From: an uncultured Acidimicrobiia bacterium
GTDB lineage: Bacteria > Actinomycetota > Acidimicrobiia > IMCC26256 > JAENVU01
Reading direction: 5' to 3'
Length of the DNA stretch: 64,000 nucleotides
NCBI GenBank assembly: GCA_963765075.1
Contig: CAVXVA010000008.1
Coordinates: forward strand, 133,078-197,077
Part shown: piece after piece, positions 47,506 to 60,600 of the stretch
Position numbering within the stretch: position 1 is the stretch's first letter
How the letters are laid out: every line of letters begins with the position of its first letter
The notes under the pieces: model-generated
Database searches by the model: none
What the model was told of the DNA's origin: nothing
The model's input: only the letters and a program-made list of their open reading frames with translations
Position numbers and translations under genes: made by a program

Positions 47506-47835
47506 GTGGCCAAATCGAAGCCGCCAATGAACAACATGATGCGGCAGGTCCAGCAGATGCAGGAAGACATGTTCGCCGCGCAGGCCGCGCTGGCCGAGAC
47601 CACCGTCGAGGGGTCGGCCGGCGGAGGCATGGTCAAGGCGATGGTCACCGGTACCGGTGACCTCGTGTCGATCACCCTGTCGCCCGACGTCGTGGACCCC
47701 GACGACATCGAGATGCTCCAAGATCTCGTCGTTGCCGCCGTCGCCGACGCGAACCGGGCTGCGCAAGCGATTCAGTCCGAGCGGATGGGTGGCGTCACCG
47801 GCGGTATCGATCTGAGTGCTTTCGGCCTTGGCTGA
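47506..47835 (+). CDS. ybaB: YbaB/EbfC-family nucleoid-associated protein
   Basis: 109 aa. MMRQVQQMQEDM...VEGSAGGGMVKAMVTGTGDLVSITLSPDVVDPDD. Position is dnaX-ybaB-recR. Confidence 0.9.
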   Translation: MAKSKPPMNNMMRQVQQMQEDMFAAQAALAETTVEGSAGGGMVKAMVTGTGDLVSITLSPDVVDPDDIEMLQDLVVAAVADANRAAQAIQSERMGGVTGGIDLSAFGLG

Positions 47836-47868
47836 GGTGGCGGTCGTCCCTGACCCCGCGGGCCGTTC

Positions 47869-48477
47869 GTGACGTCGGTCTACGCCGGACCCGTCCAACG
47901 CTTGATCGACGAACTGGGTCGGTTACCCGGTATCGGTCCGAAGTCGGCTCAGCGGATCGCGTTCTACATTCTGAAGGTCGCGCCCGAAGACGCACGCCGG
48001 TTGGCCGGGTCGATCGTCGAGGTCAAGGACAAGATCTCGTGGTGTCGACGGTGCTTCAACATCGCCGAAGGTGAGCTCTGCCAGTTCTGTCAGGACGAGC
48101 GTCGGGACCGTACGGTCCTGTGCGTGGTCGAGGAACCACGAGACATCGTGGCCGTCGAGCGGACCCAGGAGTTCCGCGGCTCCTATCACGTACTCCAGGG
48201 AACGATCAGCCCGATCGAGGGCATCGGGCCGGATCAACTCCGGATCAAGGAGTTGCTCGCGAGGGTGCGCGACGACGGCGTGACCGAAGTGATCCTCGCC
48301 ACCAATCCCAACACCGACGGCGAAGTCACCGCGATGTATCTGGCGCGGGCGTTGAGCGACAGCGGCACCAAGGTCACGCGGATTGCCAGTGGCCTGCCCG
48401 TAGGTGGCGATCTCGAATACGCCGACGAAGTCACCCTCGGCCGCGCCTTCGAAGGCCGCCGCACCCTCGACCCCTGA
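47869..48477 (+). CDS. recR: recombination protein RecR
   Basis: 202 aa. [18 protein letters not shown]4 zinc finger [16 protein letters not shown], Toprim [12 protein letters not shown]. Confidence 0.95.
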   Translation: MTSVYAGPVQRLIDELGRLPGIGPKSAQRIAFYILKVAPEDARRLAGSIVEVKDKISWCRRCFNIAEGELCQFCQDERRDRTVLCVVEEPRDIVAVERTQEFRGSYHVLQGTISPIEGIGPDQLRIKELLARVRDDGVTEVILATNPNTDGEVTAMYLARALSDSGTKVTRIASGLPVGGDLEYADEVTLGRAFEGRRTLDP

Positions 48478-48535
48478 ACGTGCGTCAATAACCCCCGCGC
48501 CCGGCGGGGTTATTGACGCAAGTTCGGGCTGGGGG

Positions 48536-49672
48536 TCAGCGCAGCGCCGAGCGGATGATGGTGCCGACCTGCTCGGGTTCGGTGAGGAAGCCGTCGTGGC
48601 CGTCGAGGGATTCGATGACGTGCAGCGTCTCTGCACTCGGGATCAGCTCCACGAGTTCTTCCTGGAGCCGGAGCGGGTAGAGCCGGTCCGAGGCAATGCC
48701 CGCGACGGTGACGGCGCCTTTGATGCGGCGCAACGCCGCGGGGATGCCGCCGCGGCCGCGTCCGACGTCGTGGTGATTCATGGCCTGGGACAACGTGATG
48801 TAGGTGTTCGCGTCGAACCGATGGCTGAGTTTGGCGCCGTGATAGTCGAGGTAGGACTCGATCGCGTAGCGGCCACCTTCCATCGGGCTCTCGTCGCCCT
48901 GGTGACCCCGACCGAACCGATGATCGAGTTCGATCTCGGATCGGTACGACACCTGCCCAATCCCGCGCGCGAGCGACATCCCCCGCCATGGCCCGTCGCC
49001 CGGGGCTGCGTCGTAGTAGTCGCCGCCGCGATACAACGGGTCGGCGCGAATCGCCCGAGTTTGGAGTGAACACAACGCGATCTCCTCGGCGGTGGCCTGC
49101 GCCCCACACGCGATGATCACCGAACGCGGCACCCGATCCGGGAACGACACCGCCCACTCGAGGGCCCGTTGCCCACCCATCGAGCCGCCGATGACCGCCG
49201 ACCACGCATCGATGCCGAGCTGCGTCGCGAGCGCGGCCTCGACCACCACCTGATCACGGATCGTGATGACCGGAAACGTGGATCCGTACGGCGCGCCCGT
49301 CGCCGGGTCGTCCGCGGCCGGTCCGGTGGTCCCTTGGCAGCCGCCGAGCACGTTCGGACACACCACGAAGTAGCGGTCGGTGTCGATCGCCAACCCCGGC
49401 CCGACCACATGCTCCCACCAACCGGTTTGTGCGTGACCGGGCCCGGTCGGTCCGGTGGCGTGGCTGTCGCCGGTGAGCGCGTGCAGGATCAGCAGTGCGT
49501 TCGACCGTTCGGCATCGAGCGCACCCCAGGTTTCGTACGCGACGGTGACGTGCGCGAGCCGACCACCTATCTCGAGCACATGCGCACGGGCGTCGAACAG
49601 CGTTGCGAACTGGCGACGGCCCGGGTGATCCCCGGGCCGCCATGCGCCAGTGACGGGAACAGGAGCTTCCAC
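48536..49672 (-). CDS. metX: homoserine O-acetyltransferase
   Basis: 378 aa; alpha/beta-hydrolase MetX pattern (VIGGSMGGQRALEW, ...DRLYP...). Confidence 0.9.
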   Translation of the reverse strand: MEAPVPVTGAWRPGDHPGRRQFATLFDARAHVLEIGGRLAHVTVAYETWGALDAERSNALLILHALTGDSHATGPTGPGHAQTGWWEHVVGPGLAIDTDRYFVVCPNVLGGCQGTTGPAADDPATGAPYGSTFPVITIRDQVVVEAALATQLGIDAWSAVIGGSMGGQRALEWAVSFPDRVPRSVIIACGAQATAEEIALCSLQTRAIRADPLYRGGDYYDAAPGDGPWRGMSLARGIGQVSYRSEIELDHRFGRGHQGDESPMEGGRYAIESYLDYHGAKLSHRFDANTYITLSQAMNHHDVGRGRGGIPAALRRIKGAVTVAGIASDRLYPLRLQEELVELIPSAETLHVIESLDGHDGFLTEPEQVGTIIRSALR

Positions 49673-49681
49673 GGTGCCGGG

Positions 49682-51089
<1,408 letters not shown>

Positions 51090-51944
51090 TTAGACCCGCC
51101 CGTCCTTCCGGGCGAGGACCCACTCGAGCAACTGCTCGCCTTGCACGGTGGGATCGAGCCCGGGAACGTGCGCCCGCAACCGTCCGGCGAGTTGGTGCGA
51201 GAGCTGGATCCGCGCGTTCATCGGAAGCGCCGCCCGCCGTTCGAGGTAACGACGGGTCACGAAGACCTCGTCCGCGGTCACGCCACCGACATCCCAGCTG
51301 AGATCAGCCGGTCGGGGGGTGGCCATGTAGGTGGGGTCGATGCGGTCGGCCGTCTGGAGCCGGTCGCGAATCACGACCGTTCCGGCCGCGAGGTCGCCGA
51401 GGCGCTGCGCGTGCCGGGTGACGAATGCGGTGATGAACCCCACCGGGAAAAGGAAGAACGTGATCACCATCCATCCGTCGATGAGGCGCAGGATGTTGCG
51501 GAGCACGCTGCCGGTGGTGCGGACGGGGCTGCCGTCGATCCGGACGACCCGGATCCCCGCCGCGAGCTTTCCGGGCGTGCGGCCGTGGTTCAGTACTTCG
51601 AACAGGATCGGGTACGCGAAGAGCACGAGAAAGAACGTCACGCCGCCGATTGCGGCGGCGTAGCCGTTGTCGAATCCAAAGGTCGCGACCTGCCCGATGA
51701 CCATCAACGCAAACATTTGGATCGTGATATCGAGCATCCCGGCGAGGAAACGAGAGCCGATTCCGGCGGTGATCAGCTCGATCGCGACCCCCTCCGGCGT
51801 GACGATCCGGAGACGGTCATCCAATTCCACTCTGAAACGGTAGACAATCCCTCCGTGGACCGAGAGCTCTTCGTCGCCGATCGTGATGCTCGTTGGGTCG
51901 AACTCGATTCCATCACCCGTCGCGGACGGGCGATTCGCCGTCAT
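51090..51944 (-). CDS. RDD-family membrane protein
   Basis: Last 284 codons of listed ORF 51090..53309. RDD-type core GSRFLAGMLD...GRTPGKLAAGIRVV...QRLGDLAAGTVVI. Start is ATG 51944, or GTG 51830 if overlap with the divergent gene is disallowed. Confidence 0.7.
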   Translation of the reverse strand: MTANRPSATGDGIEFDPTSITIGDEELSVHGGIVYRFRVELDDRLRIVTPEGVAIELITAGIGSRFLAGMLDITIQMFALMVIGQVATFGFDNGYAAAIGGVTFFLVLFAYPILFEVLNHGRTPGKLAAGIRVVRIDGSPVRTTGSVLRNILRLIDGWMVITFFLFPVGFITAFVTRHAQRLGDLAAGTVVIRDRLQTADRIDPTYMATPRPADLSWDVGGVTADEVFVTRRYLERRAALPMNARIQLSHQLAGRLRAHVPGLDPTVQGEQLLEWVLARKDGRV

Positions 51945-52868
51945 CCGGACGCGATCAAACGGCTCGCCGAGCTGTATCGCTCGACCGCGGCCGACCTGGC
52001 GATCGCCCGCCGTCGCTTCCCGGGCGACCCTCTGTGCATCGCGCTGGAGCGACGAGTCGTCACCGCCCGGCAGCAGCTCGCGAACCTCGATCGCAGCCGC
52101 CCGCGCGTCGTGCACTTCCTGACCACGGGCTACTGGCGCCGGATCCGAGAGCGGCCGCGGCTGTTGCTCGTCGCGTTCCTGTTCCTCATGGTCCCGTTCG
52201 TGCTGTCCGCGGTGTGGGCGACGCGCGAACCGGTGAAGGCACGCGGTCTGGTGCCCGGTGGCGCGGAGTCGGTGACCTCGCGAGACCGGGCCGACTTCGG
52301 CTTGAGCGCGGACGAGAAGGCGGCGGTCTCGTCGCAGATCTTCACCAACAACATCCGGGTGACGTTCATCGCGTTCGGGCTGGGCGTGATCGGCGGAGTG
52401 GGTGCGCTGGTCTTCTTGGGGTACCAAGGCGTGGTCCTCGGTGCCACGTTCGGCCTGGCGATCCATGTGGGGAATGGCGAACCGCTCTTCGAATTCGTCT
52501 TCCCGCACGGCATCCTCGAACTCAGCTGCATCATCGTGGCCGGCGCGGCCGGGATGCGCCTCGGCTGGGCGTTGGTCGCGCCCGGGTATCAGACTCGTGC
52601 GAGCGCGTTCCGCGCCGAGGCGATCGGCGCGATCGAGATGATCATCGGCACCGCGGTGGTGCTGACCGGATGCGGCATCGTCGAAGGGTCGCTGTCGACG
52701 TCGGGGATCGGGCTCGTGCCCGCGATTGCCGTGGGGGTGGTGCTCGGCGGAGGATTCTGGTCGCTGGTGTTCTTGCGGGGCCGACCGGATCGCGCCCCGG
52801 TCGATCCCGAAGCGCCGGTCGTGGTGGCGCGGCCTCGACTCACAACCGCGAGCGCCGCTTCTCTCTGA
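51855..52868 (+). CDS. SpoIIM-like (DUF95) integral membrane protein
   Basis: Last 337 codons of listed ORF 50919..52868, from GTG 51855. LAELYRSTAADLAIARRRF, then multi-helix core FTNNIRVTFIAFGLG...FPHGILELSCIIVAGAAG. Confidence 0.7.
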   Translation: MDRELFVADRDARWVELDSITRRGRAIRRHPDAIKRLAELYRSTAADLAIARRRFPGDPLCIALERRVVTARQQLANLDRSRPRVVHFLTTGYWRRIRERPRLLLVAFLFLMVPFVLSAVWATREPVKARGLVPGGAESVTSRDRADFGLSADEKAAVSSQIFTNNIRVTFIAFGLGVIGGVGALVFLGYQGVVLGATFGLAIHVGNGEPLFEFVFPHGILELSCIIVAGAAGMRLGWALVAPGYQTRASAFRAEAIGAIEMIIGTAVVLTGCGIVEGSLSTSGIGLVPAIAVGVVLGGGFWSLVFLRGRPDRAPVDPEAPVVVARPRLTTASAASL

Positions 52869-54150
52869 GATAGGCGCGCACGCACGCCTCGCTGAAATGT
52901 TCGACGGGCGCTTCGACGACCACGGCGCCCGCGTGTTCCAACTGGCCGATGACCCGGGCCCGATTGGCCAACAGGTCGGTGGCCGCGGCGGCCCGGTAGA
53001 CGTCAGCGACCGTCTCCGGGTCCGCGCGCCGGAGCCGATCCAGGTCGGGATCGACAACACTGGCGACGACCACGACATGGCGCCGTCGGAGCACGGGCAG
53101 GGACTGCAGCAGTTCGGCCGCGGCCGCACCGTCGAGGAGATCCGTGAACACGACGACGAGTGAGCGCTTGCCACCACCAACGGTGCGAAACGCGAGGTCG
53201 TAGGCCGCGTCGGTCGCAGTCGGTTCCAGGTCGAAGATCGAGCGGACGATGGCATCCGCACCTCGGCGTTGGGGCGTGACCTTGACGCGAATCGATTCTG
53301 CGAACGCAATCACGCCGGCGCGGTCCCCGAGTTCGTCAGCCACGAAGGCGATCGCCGTGAGTGCGTCGAGCGCGGCGTCGAGCCGGGTCCGGTCGCCGAC
53401 GGGTGCGGCCATGAGCCGGCCGCTGTCGACGAGCCCGATCACCGTACGGTCTTGTTCGACCCGGTACTGGTTGCTCATCGGGCGTCCTTGGCGCTGGGTC
53501 GCGGCCCAGTTGACCTGGCGGATGTCGTCATCGGGGAGGTAGTCCCGAATCGATTCGAAGTCGGACCCCAGGCCGAGCGGCCCTCGGGTCAGTTCACCGG
53601 AGTCCCGGAATCGGCCTCGTCGGACCTCGGTGGCAATGCGCCTCGCGTGGGGAACGTCGGGATACACGACGACGGTTTCGACCGGGCCCTCCCGGCGGTA
53701 CCAGGCGGCGAGTCCGAGTGGGCCCGTGTGGCGCGTGGCGACCGGCCCGAGTTGGTGACGGCCGCGCCGCTCGGCAATCAGATGGGCTTCGAGGTGCGTG
53801 TCGGCCTCGGGGGGATCGACGCGTACCTCCGCGGCCCGAGGCTGGCGCACACGGACCACACCGAGAATCGGCGCGGATTCGACGGTCATCGGGGCGGGCA
53901 GGCCCCGAACGAGTAGGGGTGGCAGTGCTCTCGTGAGCGTTGGGCGGTGCCGAGCGAGCACGGCATCGGCCATCCATGCCCCGCCGAGCACGATCGCGCC
54001 TCCCACGATGATCGACGTCGGAACCGCGATCGCCGCGACGGTGAGCGCGACCGCGATGAGGCCGGCGCGCGGCGTGACCATGAGGGGAGACGCGCCGAGC
54101 CCGATCGTGGCGCCGGCCACGCACGCGGCGATCAGGAAGACGATGGTCAT
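52840..54150 (-). CDS. DUF58 (vWA-like) protein, MoxR partner
   Basis: 436 aa. N-terminal TM helices, and GLGSDFESIRDYLPDDDIRQVNWAATQRQGRPMSNQYR typical of DUF58. Confidence 0.8.
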   Translation of the reverse strand: MTIVFLIAACVAGATIGLGASPLMVTPRAGLIAVALTVAAIAVPTSIIVGGAIVLGGAWMADAVLARHRPTLTRALPPLLVRGLPAPMTVESAPILGVVRVRQPRAAEVRVDPPEADTHLEAHLIAERRGRHQLGPVATRHTGPLGLAAWYRREGPVETVVVYPDVPHARRIATEVRRGRFRDSGELTRGPLGLGSDFESIRDYLPDDDIRQVNWAATQRQGRPMSNQYRVEQDRTVIGLVDSGRLMAAPVGDRTRLDAALDALTAIAFVADELGDRAGVIAFAESIRVKVTPQRRGADAIVRSIFDLEPTATDAAYDLAFRTVGGGKRSLVVVFTDLLDGAAAAELLQSLPVLRRRHVVVVASVVDPDLDRLRRADPETVADVYRAAAATDLLANRARVIGQLEHAGAVVVEAPVEHFSEACVRAYLREKRRSRL

Positions 54151-54153
54151 CGC

Positions 54154-55079
<926 letters not shown>

Positions 55080-55083
<4 letters not shown>

Positions 55084-56165
55084 GGCATTCCTTTCTGGGT
55101 GCGGGCAAAGGCGTGGCCGAGGGCAAGCACCGAGTCACGATCCGACGGTGGCGTAACGAGCGCGCGTGCTTCCTCGACGCTCCAGCCCGATGCGACGGCC
55201 GCGTCGATGATCAAGGCCGGGTCCGCATCGAGTTCGAGGTGAGCTTGGTGCACCACGTGGTGTCGTGCGACTCGACGAAGTTCTTCGAGCGCCCTCGCCG
55301 GTTGGCGGCTGCGTTGGAGTCCGGCGGCGAGGACCTCGGCGGTCGCGCCGCGGGGTGGATCGAGTGCTCGCTGCTGCTCCTCGGCCGAGCCGATCCGGCG
55401 ACCCAACGCGATGGCCGTGAGTAGGAGCGAGAGCGCGCCGCCGAGGATGGCGATCTTCCAGCCGACCGGCACTGCGGACCAACCGGTGTCGCGGGTGCTG
55501 GCGGCGCTGCGATCCAGGAACACGACCCGGCGGTCGGTTCCGGCCAGCGCGAGACCGTACGCCGCGTTGTCACGCTGACCGAGGCGCGCGTTCTCGAGCA
55601 GGGACCCCTCGGCGATGAGTACCACGACCCCTCGCCCGACCGTGCGTACCGCGGTGAGTTCCGGTCGGTTGGCACTGCGCCAGCGGGAGGTGCCGGCCGT
55701 CTGGATTTCGAACCGTTCACCGTCGAGAGTGGTGGTCGACCGTGATGACCCGCGCACCGGGCTCGGACGGTCTTCCGCAAGCCAATCGGCGGCGCCCAGT
55801 CCCCCGATGACCACTCGGCCGCCGGTGCTCGCAAACGCCAATACCGCACGACGATCGTCGTCGGACGGGAACCAGTTGTCGAGGATCATGACCGTCGCCG
55901 ACGAGTCGAGCCCGGCGCCGGGGGGGCGGCCGAGTTCCGAGGTGGCGTTGCCGAATCGATCGAGGAGCAGCCGGTAGGCCTTCGTTCCGTTCTGCGCGGT
56001 CGACCGGGCCGAGCCTTGGGTTTCGAACGAGGACTCCTGTCGACCGCGAGTCGCGCGATCCACGATGTTCACGGTGACGACGAGCAGCACGAACGCCATC
56101 CCGACCACCGCCGCCGCGCGCACTCCCGGCGAGAGGTGCCGCCACCGTGATGAAGCCGCGTTCAT
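55080..56165 (-). CDS. DUF4350-like membrane-anchored protein
   Basis: ATG 56165 within listed ORF 55080..56612 (MNAASSRWRHLSPGVRAAAVVGMAFVLLVV...). ATGA overlaps at both ends (56162-56165, 55080-55083). Confidence 0.65.
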
Positions 56166-56794
56166 CGCGGTCCGACTTCGGCGAGGAGTGCAGGCCACTC
56201 GCGGCGGGCCGACGAATCGGTCTCGTCGGTCGCCGGCACGCCGCCGTAGGCGACCGCGTCGAAGGTTTCGGCGATGCGATCGAAGCGAGGGGAACCGATA
56301 CGACGAGCCAGGGCGGCGCTGGTGTTCCACGGTCGCAGATCGATCACCGCGGCATGATCCAGGCGAATGAGTCCGGCGCGGTACCGCAATCGCACGGCCG
56401 AGGAGTAGTCGCCGGCCCGTGCGGCGGCATCGGCCGCCGCATCCAGCTCGTCGGGATCTTCGACGGGCGCGTGCTCGGGATGGGTGCGATGGAGGGTCCG
56501 ACGACCGTAGGGCGTGCGGACCAGCAGCCCAACGACGGCCGCAACCAGGACCACCAAGACGATGACACCGACGATCGTGCCCCAGATGCCGGGCAGGAGC
56601 CCGAACAGCCATCGGAAGAGGTCGGAGAATGCCTGGCCGATCCAGTCGGCAATGCCGTTGAGTCGATCGCCGAGCCAGCGCAACGGGCTCTCCAACGGCT
56701 TCGGCGGTTGCTCGGGACGGAACTCGTCGCCCCGCAGGATCGAGCGTGCCGAATCGCGCGCGGCCCCCGGATCGACGTCGAGCCGTCGAATCAT
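56162..56794 (-). CDS. DUF4129-like protein
   Basis: 210 aa. Central TM helix and a C-terminal AVRLRYRAGLIRLD...LRPWNTSAALARR pattern that I associate with DUF4129. Confidence 0.65.
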   Translation of the reverse strand: MIRRLDVDPGAARDSARSILRGDEFRPEQPPKPLESPLRWLGDRLNGIADWIGQAFSDLFRWLFGLLPGIWGTIVGVIVLVVLVAAVVGLLVRTPYGRRTLHRTHPEHAPVEDPDELDAAADAAARAGDYSSAVRLRYRAGLIRLDHAAVIDLRPWNTSAALARRIGSPRFDRIAETFDAVAYGGVPATDETDSSARREWPALLAEVGPR

Positions 56795-57801
56795 GCGGGC
56801 GGCGCGACTGGTGGGGCGCCGGGTGGTGGAGGCGGCGGGAGGTCGTCGATACCGGCCCAGGGTGATGCGGGGGGCGGGGGGCTCGCCGACGTCTGCGGAG
56901 TCCCGACGATGCCCGGCATCAACGGCTCCGCGGCGGGACTCATTTTGGCCGGGCTCGAGGTCGCAGGCACGTCGCCGAGCCGCTGTATCAACAGCGCGAC
57001 ATCGAAGCCCTCCTTGCGGACCCGCAGGTCGAAGTAGATGACCACCGCCACCGCGGCGCTGATCGGAGTGATGAGGATCTCGATCGCCCCCGTAAGGATC
57101 GCCTGGGTGATCTGGGTTGCCGTCGAGCTGGTGGTATTCGCGATCAGGAACGAGCTACCCCCCACGAGTAGCCCACCGATCACGGTCAACGTCGTCGAGA
57201 TCAGCAGGATCACCAGCAACGTCCAGAAGGTCGCCCACCACCGCGTGCCGATCAGGTCGCGCGATCGCGACAACGCCTTGGCGCCGCCTACGTCTTCGAC
57301 CAGCCGCACGGGGATGGTCACCGCGAACGCGACGTAGAGATAGATCCCGGGGATGACACAGGCCATGCTGCCGAGGATCCAGCCCAGGCCACCGAGGACG
57401 ACAACCCAGAGGAGCGATCCCAGGCGCCGACCTGCATAGCGCAGCGACTCGATCCACGAGGTCGTGGTGCCGAGATAGTGGTCGGTCAGGATGCGCATCG
57501 CGGCTCCTTGGGCCAGCGCGATGGTGAGTGCGGAGATCAGCAGGCCGACCAGGAGGATTGCCAGCTGCGCACCGGCCGAGGTCGTGGTCGTGCGGAATGT
57601 GGTGTCCCCGAATTGTTGAATGCTGGTGGTCGTGGTCGGCGTGGAGAGAGTGACGAACAGCCGCAACACCGCGGTTGGGATGACGACGACGGCGATGGCG
57701 GACACCAGCGAACCGAAGCGGCGACGGTAGAGCCGAAAGGCCGCGTCGAGGACTTCTCCGATCCCGAGTGGTCGGAGGTGCTCGTAGTCCATCGCGGCCA
57801 C
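56791..57801 (-). CDS. polytopic membrane protein, first gene of the MoxR operon
   Basis: 336 aa. N-terminal LGIGEVLDAAFRLYRRRFGSL motif, six or more helices, and a Pro-rich C-terminus (PPPPPPGAPPVAPPA). Confidence 0.65.
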   Translation of the reverse strand: MAAMDYEHLRPLGIGEVLDAAFRLYRRRFGSLVSAIAVVVIPTAVLRLFVTLSTPTTTTSIQQFGDTTFRTTTTSAGAQLAILLVGLLISALTIALAQGAAMRILTDHYLGTTTSWIESLRYAGRRLGSLLWVVVLGGLGWILGSMACVIPGIYLYVAFAVTIPVRLVEDVGGAKALSRSRDLIGTRWWATFWTLLVILLISTTLTVIGGLLVGGSSFLIANTTSSTATQITQAILTGAIEILITPISAAVAVVIYFDLRVRKEGFDVALLIQRLGDVPATSSPAKMSPAAEPLMPGIVGTPQTSASPPPPASPWAGIDDLPPPPPPGAPPVAPPA

Positions 57802-57875
57802 GCTAGGAGCGGCGCCGAGCCCGGCCGTGGATGCGCGCGCCTTGGGGCCACACGTCTCGTAGGCTGAACTTCGTG

Positions 57876-58310
57876 ATGGCTTCGGAACCCCGTCTCCACG
57901 GGCAGAGGTCGCGCCGCGCCGCGCTGGTTCCGGCGCTGGCCGCGGGCACGGTGCTCCTCGCAGGCTGTGCGGCCTCCGCGTTGATCGATCCCCGCGAAGG
58001 TCCCACGGTGTGTCCGTTCAAGGCGATGACCGGGCTCGACTGCCCGGCGTGTGGCGCCACCCGCGCGCTGCACTTCGCGCTCCGCGGCGATGTCGTGACC
58101 GCTGCGGGGTACAACGTGCTGCTCGTTGCCGTGCTCCCGGTGCTGCTCGTCGCCGTGTACTTGGGGCTCGCGCGTGCCTTCGGTTCGCCGTGGCGGATGC
58201 CACGGGTTTCGCTGAGCCCGCGCCACGTCGGGCTGCTCCTGGTCGTGGTGACGCTCTTCGCGGTCCTGCGCAACCTTCCGGTCGCGCCATTCCGCGCGCT
58301 CGGAACCTGA
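57876..58310 (+). CDS. DUF2752-like small membrane protein
   Basis: CPFKAMTGLDCPACGATRAL motif; start ATG 57876 within ORF 57831..58310. Confidence 0.65.
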   Translation: MASEPRLHGQRSRRAALVPALAAGTVLLAGCAASALIDPREGPTVCPFKAMTGLDCPACGATRALHFALRGDVVTAAGYNVLLVAVLPVLLVAVYLGLARAFGSPWRMPRVSLSPRHVGLLLVVVTLFAVLRNLPVAPFRALGT

Positions 58311-58318
58311 CGGCTGCG

Positions 58319-58380
58319 TTCGCGTTCGGCCGGTTCTGCGTGAACGCGAAATCGGCCGCCCCCGAAGGAGCGGCCGATTT
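58319..58380. terminator. tandem hairpins forming a bidirectional intrinsic terminator between convergent genes
   Basis: ttcgcgttc(58319-58327)/gaacgcgaa(58342-58350) form a 9-bp stem. aaatcggccgc(58349-58359)/gcggccgattt(58370-58380) form a perfect 11-bp stem with A/T tracts on both sides. Confidence 0.75.
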
Positions 58381-58403
58381 CATCTGAGTGTTGCGGTGCG
58401 TTG

Positions 58404-59183
58404 TTACGCCGCGACGGGCTCGTTCTGCAGTCGCTTGTACATGTAGCCGGTCGCGATGATCACGACGGGCCAGGCCACGATGAGCCCGATTCCACATGCG
58501 ATGGCGCCGACCAGGATCGTCACATAGCTGAGGAGGAAGAAGACGAACACCGCACCGGCGTTGTCCTTCACCAGGTTGTAGCTCGCGGTGATCGCCTCCA
58601 TCGGCGCCATCTTCTTGTCGATGAGGAAGTAACCCCAGAACGATGTGAGGAAGGCCACCGCGATCCCGGGGAGGATGCAGAGGATGAATCCGACGAACGT
58701 CATGATGCCGACGAGAATCGCCCCGATCATGTAGGCCCCGAGGTTCTCGGTGCTCATGACGGCCGAGGCCTCGAGCTTCTGGCCCCTCACGATCATCAAC
58801 GTTGCCCGGATCACGAAGAGTTGCAGGACCGACGTTCCCAGGAAGATGAGGAACTGGAAGATCGCTCCCGCGACGATCGACATGAAGAAGCCGGGACTAT
58901 CGCCGCACCCGCTGCTGCGGAAGACGCCGTTGTTGATGTCGACCTTGCACTCGTCGACGCTCGTGAGGCTGGACTGAATCACGAAGCCGATGATGCCGAG
59001 TACGACGATCGCCGCGAAACCGATGACCAGCGCGAGGACGATCTCGTTCCAGTTTTCCTTGAACTTCTCCCAGCCGTACTTGATCGCGGCTGCTCCCTCG
59101 GCGGGCTGATTGCCGCCGGCCATCGGCATTCCGCCGCTGGGTGGCATGGGTGGTGGTGGTGGCGGTGGTGGGACTTGGGACAT
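58404..59183 (-). CDS. integral membrane protein with a Pro-rich N-terminus
   Basis: 259 aa. MSQVPPPPPPPPMPPSGG followed by five or six hydrophobic helices; no family confidently recognised. Confidence 0.6.
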   Translation of the reverse strand: MSQVPPPPPPPPMPPSGGMPMAGGNQPAEGAAAIKYGWEKFKENWNEIVLALVIGFAAIVVLGIIGFVIQSSLTSVDECKVDINNGVFRSSGCGDSPGFFMSIVAGAIFQFLIFLGTSVLQLFVIRATLMIVRGQKLEASAVMSTENLGAYMIGAILVGIMTFVGFILCILPGIAVAFLTSFWGYFLIDKKMAPMEAITASYNLVKDNAGAVFVFFLLSYVTILVGAIACGIGLIVAWPVVIIATGYMYKRLQNEPVAA

Positions 59184-59262
59184 AGCGCTTCTCCGATTCG
59201 TCAGCGAACGGCAGAAACGCTAACGACGCCACCGCGCCAAAATGGGGATACCAGCCGCGGAC

Positions 59263-60456
59263 CTACAGGGTCCGGATCAGCGCAGCGTCGCCCTGGCCGC
59301 CACCGCCGCAGAGGGCGGCAGCGCCGAGGCCACCGCCACGGCGGCGGAGTTCGTGGATGATCGAGCCGACGATGCGGGCGCCCGACATGCCGACCGGGTG
59401 ACCGAGGGCAATCGCGCCGCCGTTCACGTTGACGACATCGTCGGAGATGCCAAGGTCACGCATCGATGCGACACCGACCGCGGCGAAGGCCTCGTTCAAC
59501 TCGAACAGGTCGACGGCGGAGACGGGCAGGTTCGCCTGGTCCAGGGCGCGCTTGATCGCTCGCGACGGCTGATGCAGCAGTGACGGGTCGGGACCGGCGA
59601 CCATGCCGAACCCGGCGAGCTCCGCGATCGGGGTCGCACCGAGCTCCTCGGCCTTCTCCCGACTCATCACGACGAGTGCTGCGGCGCCATCGGAGATCTG
59701 TGAGGCATTCCCGGCGGTGATCGTGCCGTCCTTCCCGAACGCGGGCCGCAAGTTGCCCAGCGACTCGATCGTGGTCTCGGGGCGGACACCCTCGTCCTCG
59801 AGCACCATGACCGGCTCACCCTTGCGCTGGGGAACCGGCACGGGGACGATCTCGTCCGCGAGGCGCCCGGCCTTCATCGCCGCCGCGGCGCGGTCGTGGC
59901 TCTTGGCCGCGAGCTCGTCCTGGGCCGACCGATCGACCTCGTGTTGGTTCGCGTAGCGCTGCGTTCCGGTACCCATGTGTTCCATGTCGAACGCGCACCA
60001 GAGGCCGTCGTGGATCATCGAGTCGATGACCTCGGCGTTGCCCATCCGGTAACCCGCGCGCGCCTTGGGCAGCAGGTACGGCGCGTTGGTCATCGATTCC
60101 ATGCCACCCGCGACCACGACCTCGGCGTCACCGGACGCGATCATCTGGTCGGCGAGGTACAGCGCGTTGATTCCCGAGAGGCATACCTTGTTGATGGTGA
60201 TCGCCGGGACGCTCATCGGGATACCCGCCCGCTCGGCCGCCTGCCGAGCGGTGATCTGCCCCTGGCCGGCCTGGAGCACGTGGCCCATGATCACGTAGTC
60301 GACTTGCTCGGCGTCGACCCCGGCGCGCTCGAGGGCACCCTTGATGGCGATGCCGCCGAGGTCCGTCGCGCTGAAGGATGCGAGCGCACCCGAGAGCTTG
60401 CCGATCGGCGTACGGGCAGTGGAGACGATCACGGAACCGGGCATGGCGACTCCCAC
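59263..60456 (-). CDS. acetyl-CoA C-acetyltransferase (thiolase II)
   Basis: 397 aa. Thiolase motifs [10 protein letters not shown] (active Cys), [23 protein letters not shown]. Confidence 0.9.
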   Translation of the reverse strand: MGVAMPGSVIVSTARTPIGKLSGALASFSATDLGGIAIKGALERAGVDAEQVDYVIMGHVLQAGQGQITARQAAERAGIPMSVPAITINKVCLSGINALYLADQMIASGDAEVVVAGGMESMTNAPYLLPKARAGYRMGNAEVIDSMIHDGLWCAFDMEHMGTGTQRYANQHEVDRSAQDELAAKSHDRAAAAMKAGRLADEIVPVPVPQRKGEPVMVLEDEGVRPETTIESLGNLRPAFGKDGTITAGNASQISDGAAALVVMSREKAEELGATPIAELAGFGMVAGPDPSLLHQPSRAIKRALDQANLPVSAVDLFELNEAFAAVGVASMRDLGISDDVVNVNGGAIALGHPVGMSGARIVGSIIHELRRRGGGLGAAALCGGGGQGDAALIRTL

Positions 60457-60600
60457 GAGAGCTGGACGTCGGTTCGGTTACCGACGAGTAGGGGTCATGA
60501 TGGTAGCCCCGCACCGGGGCATTTCGTCCAGCTGTCTGCCCGTACGCTCACGATCCGTCGGTTTTGGACGGCGAGCGCTGCACCACTACCGTCCTGCGCC

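Noticed and set aside
46010-47527. 505-aa minus-strand ORF opposite dnaX
   Set aside because: Ser/Arg/Ala-rich shadow of the dnaX coding strand.
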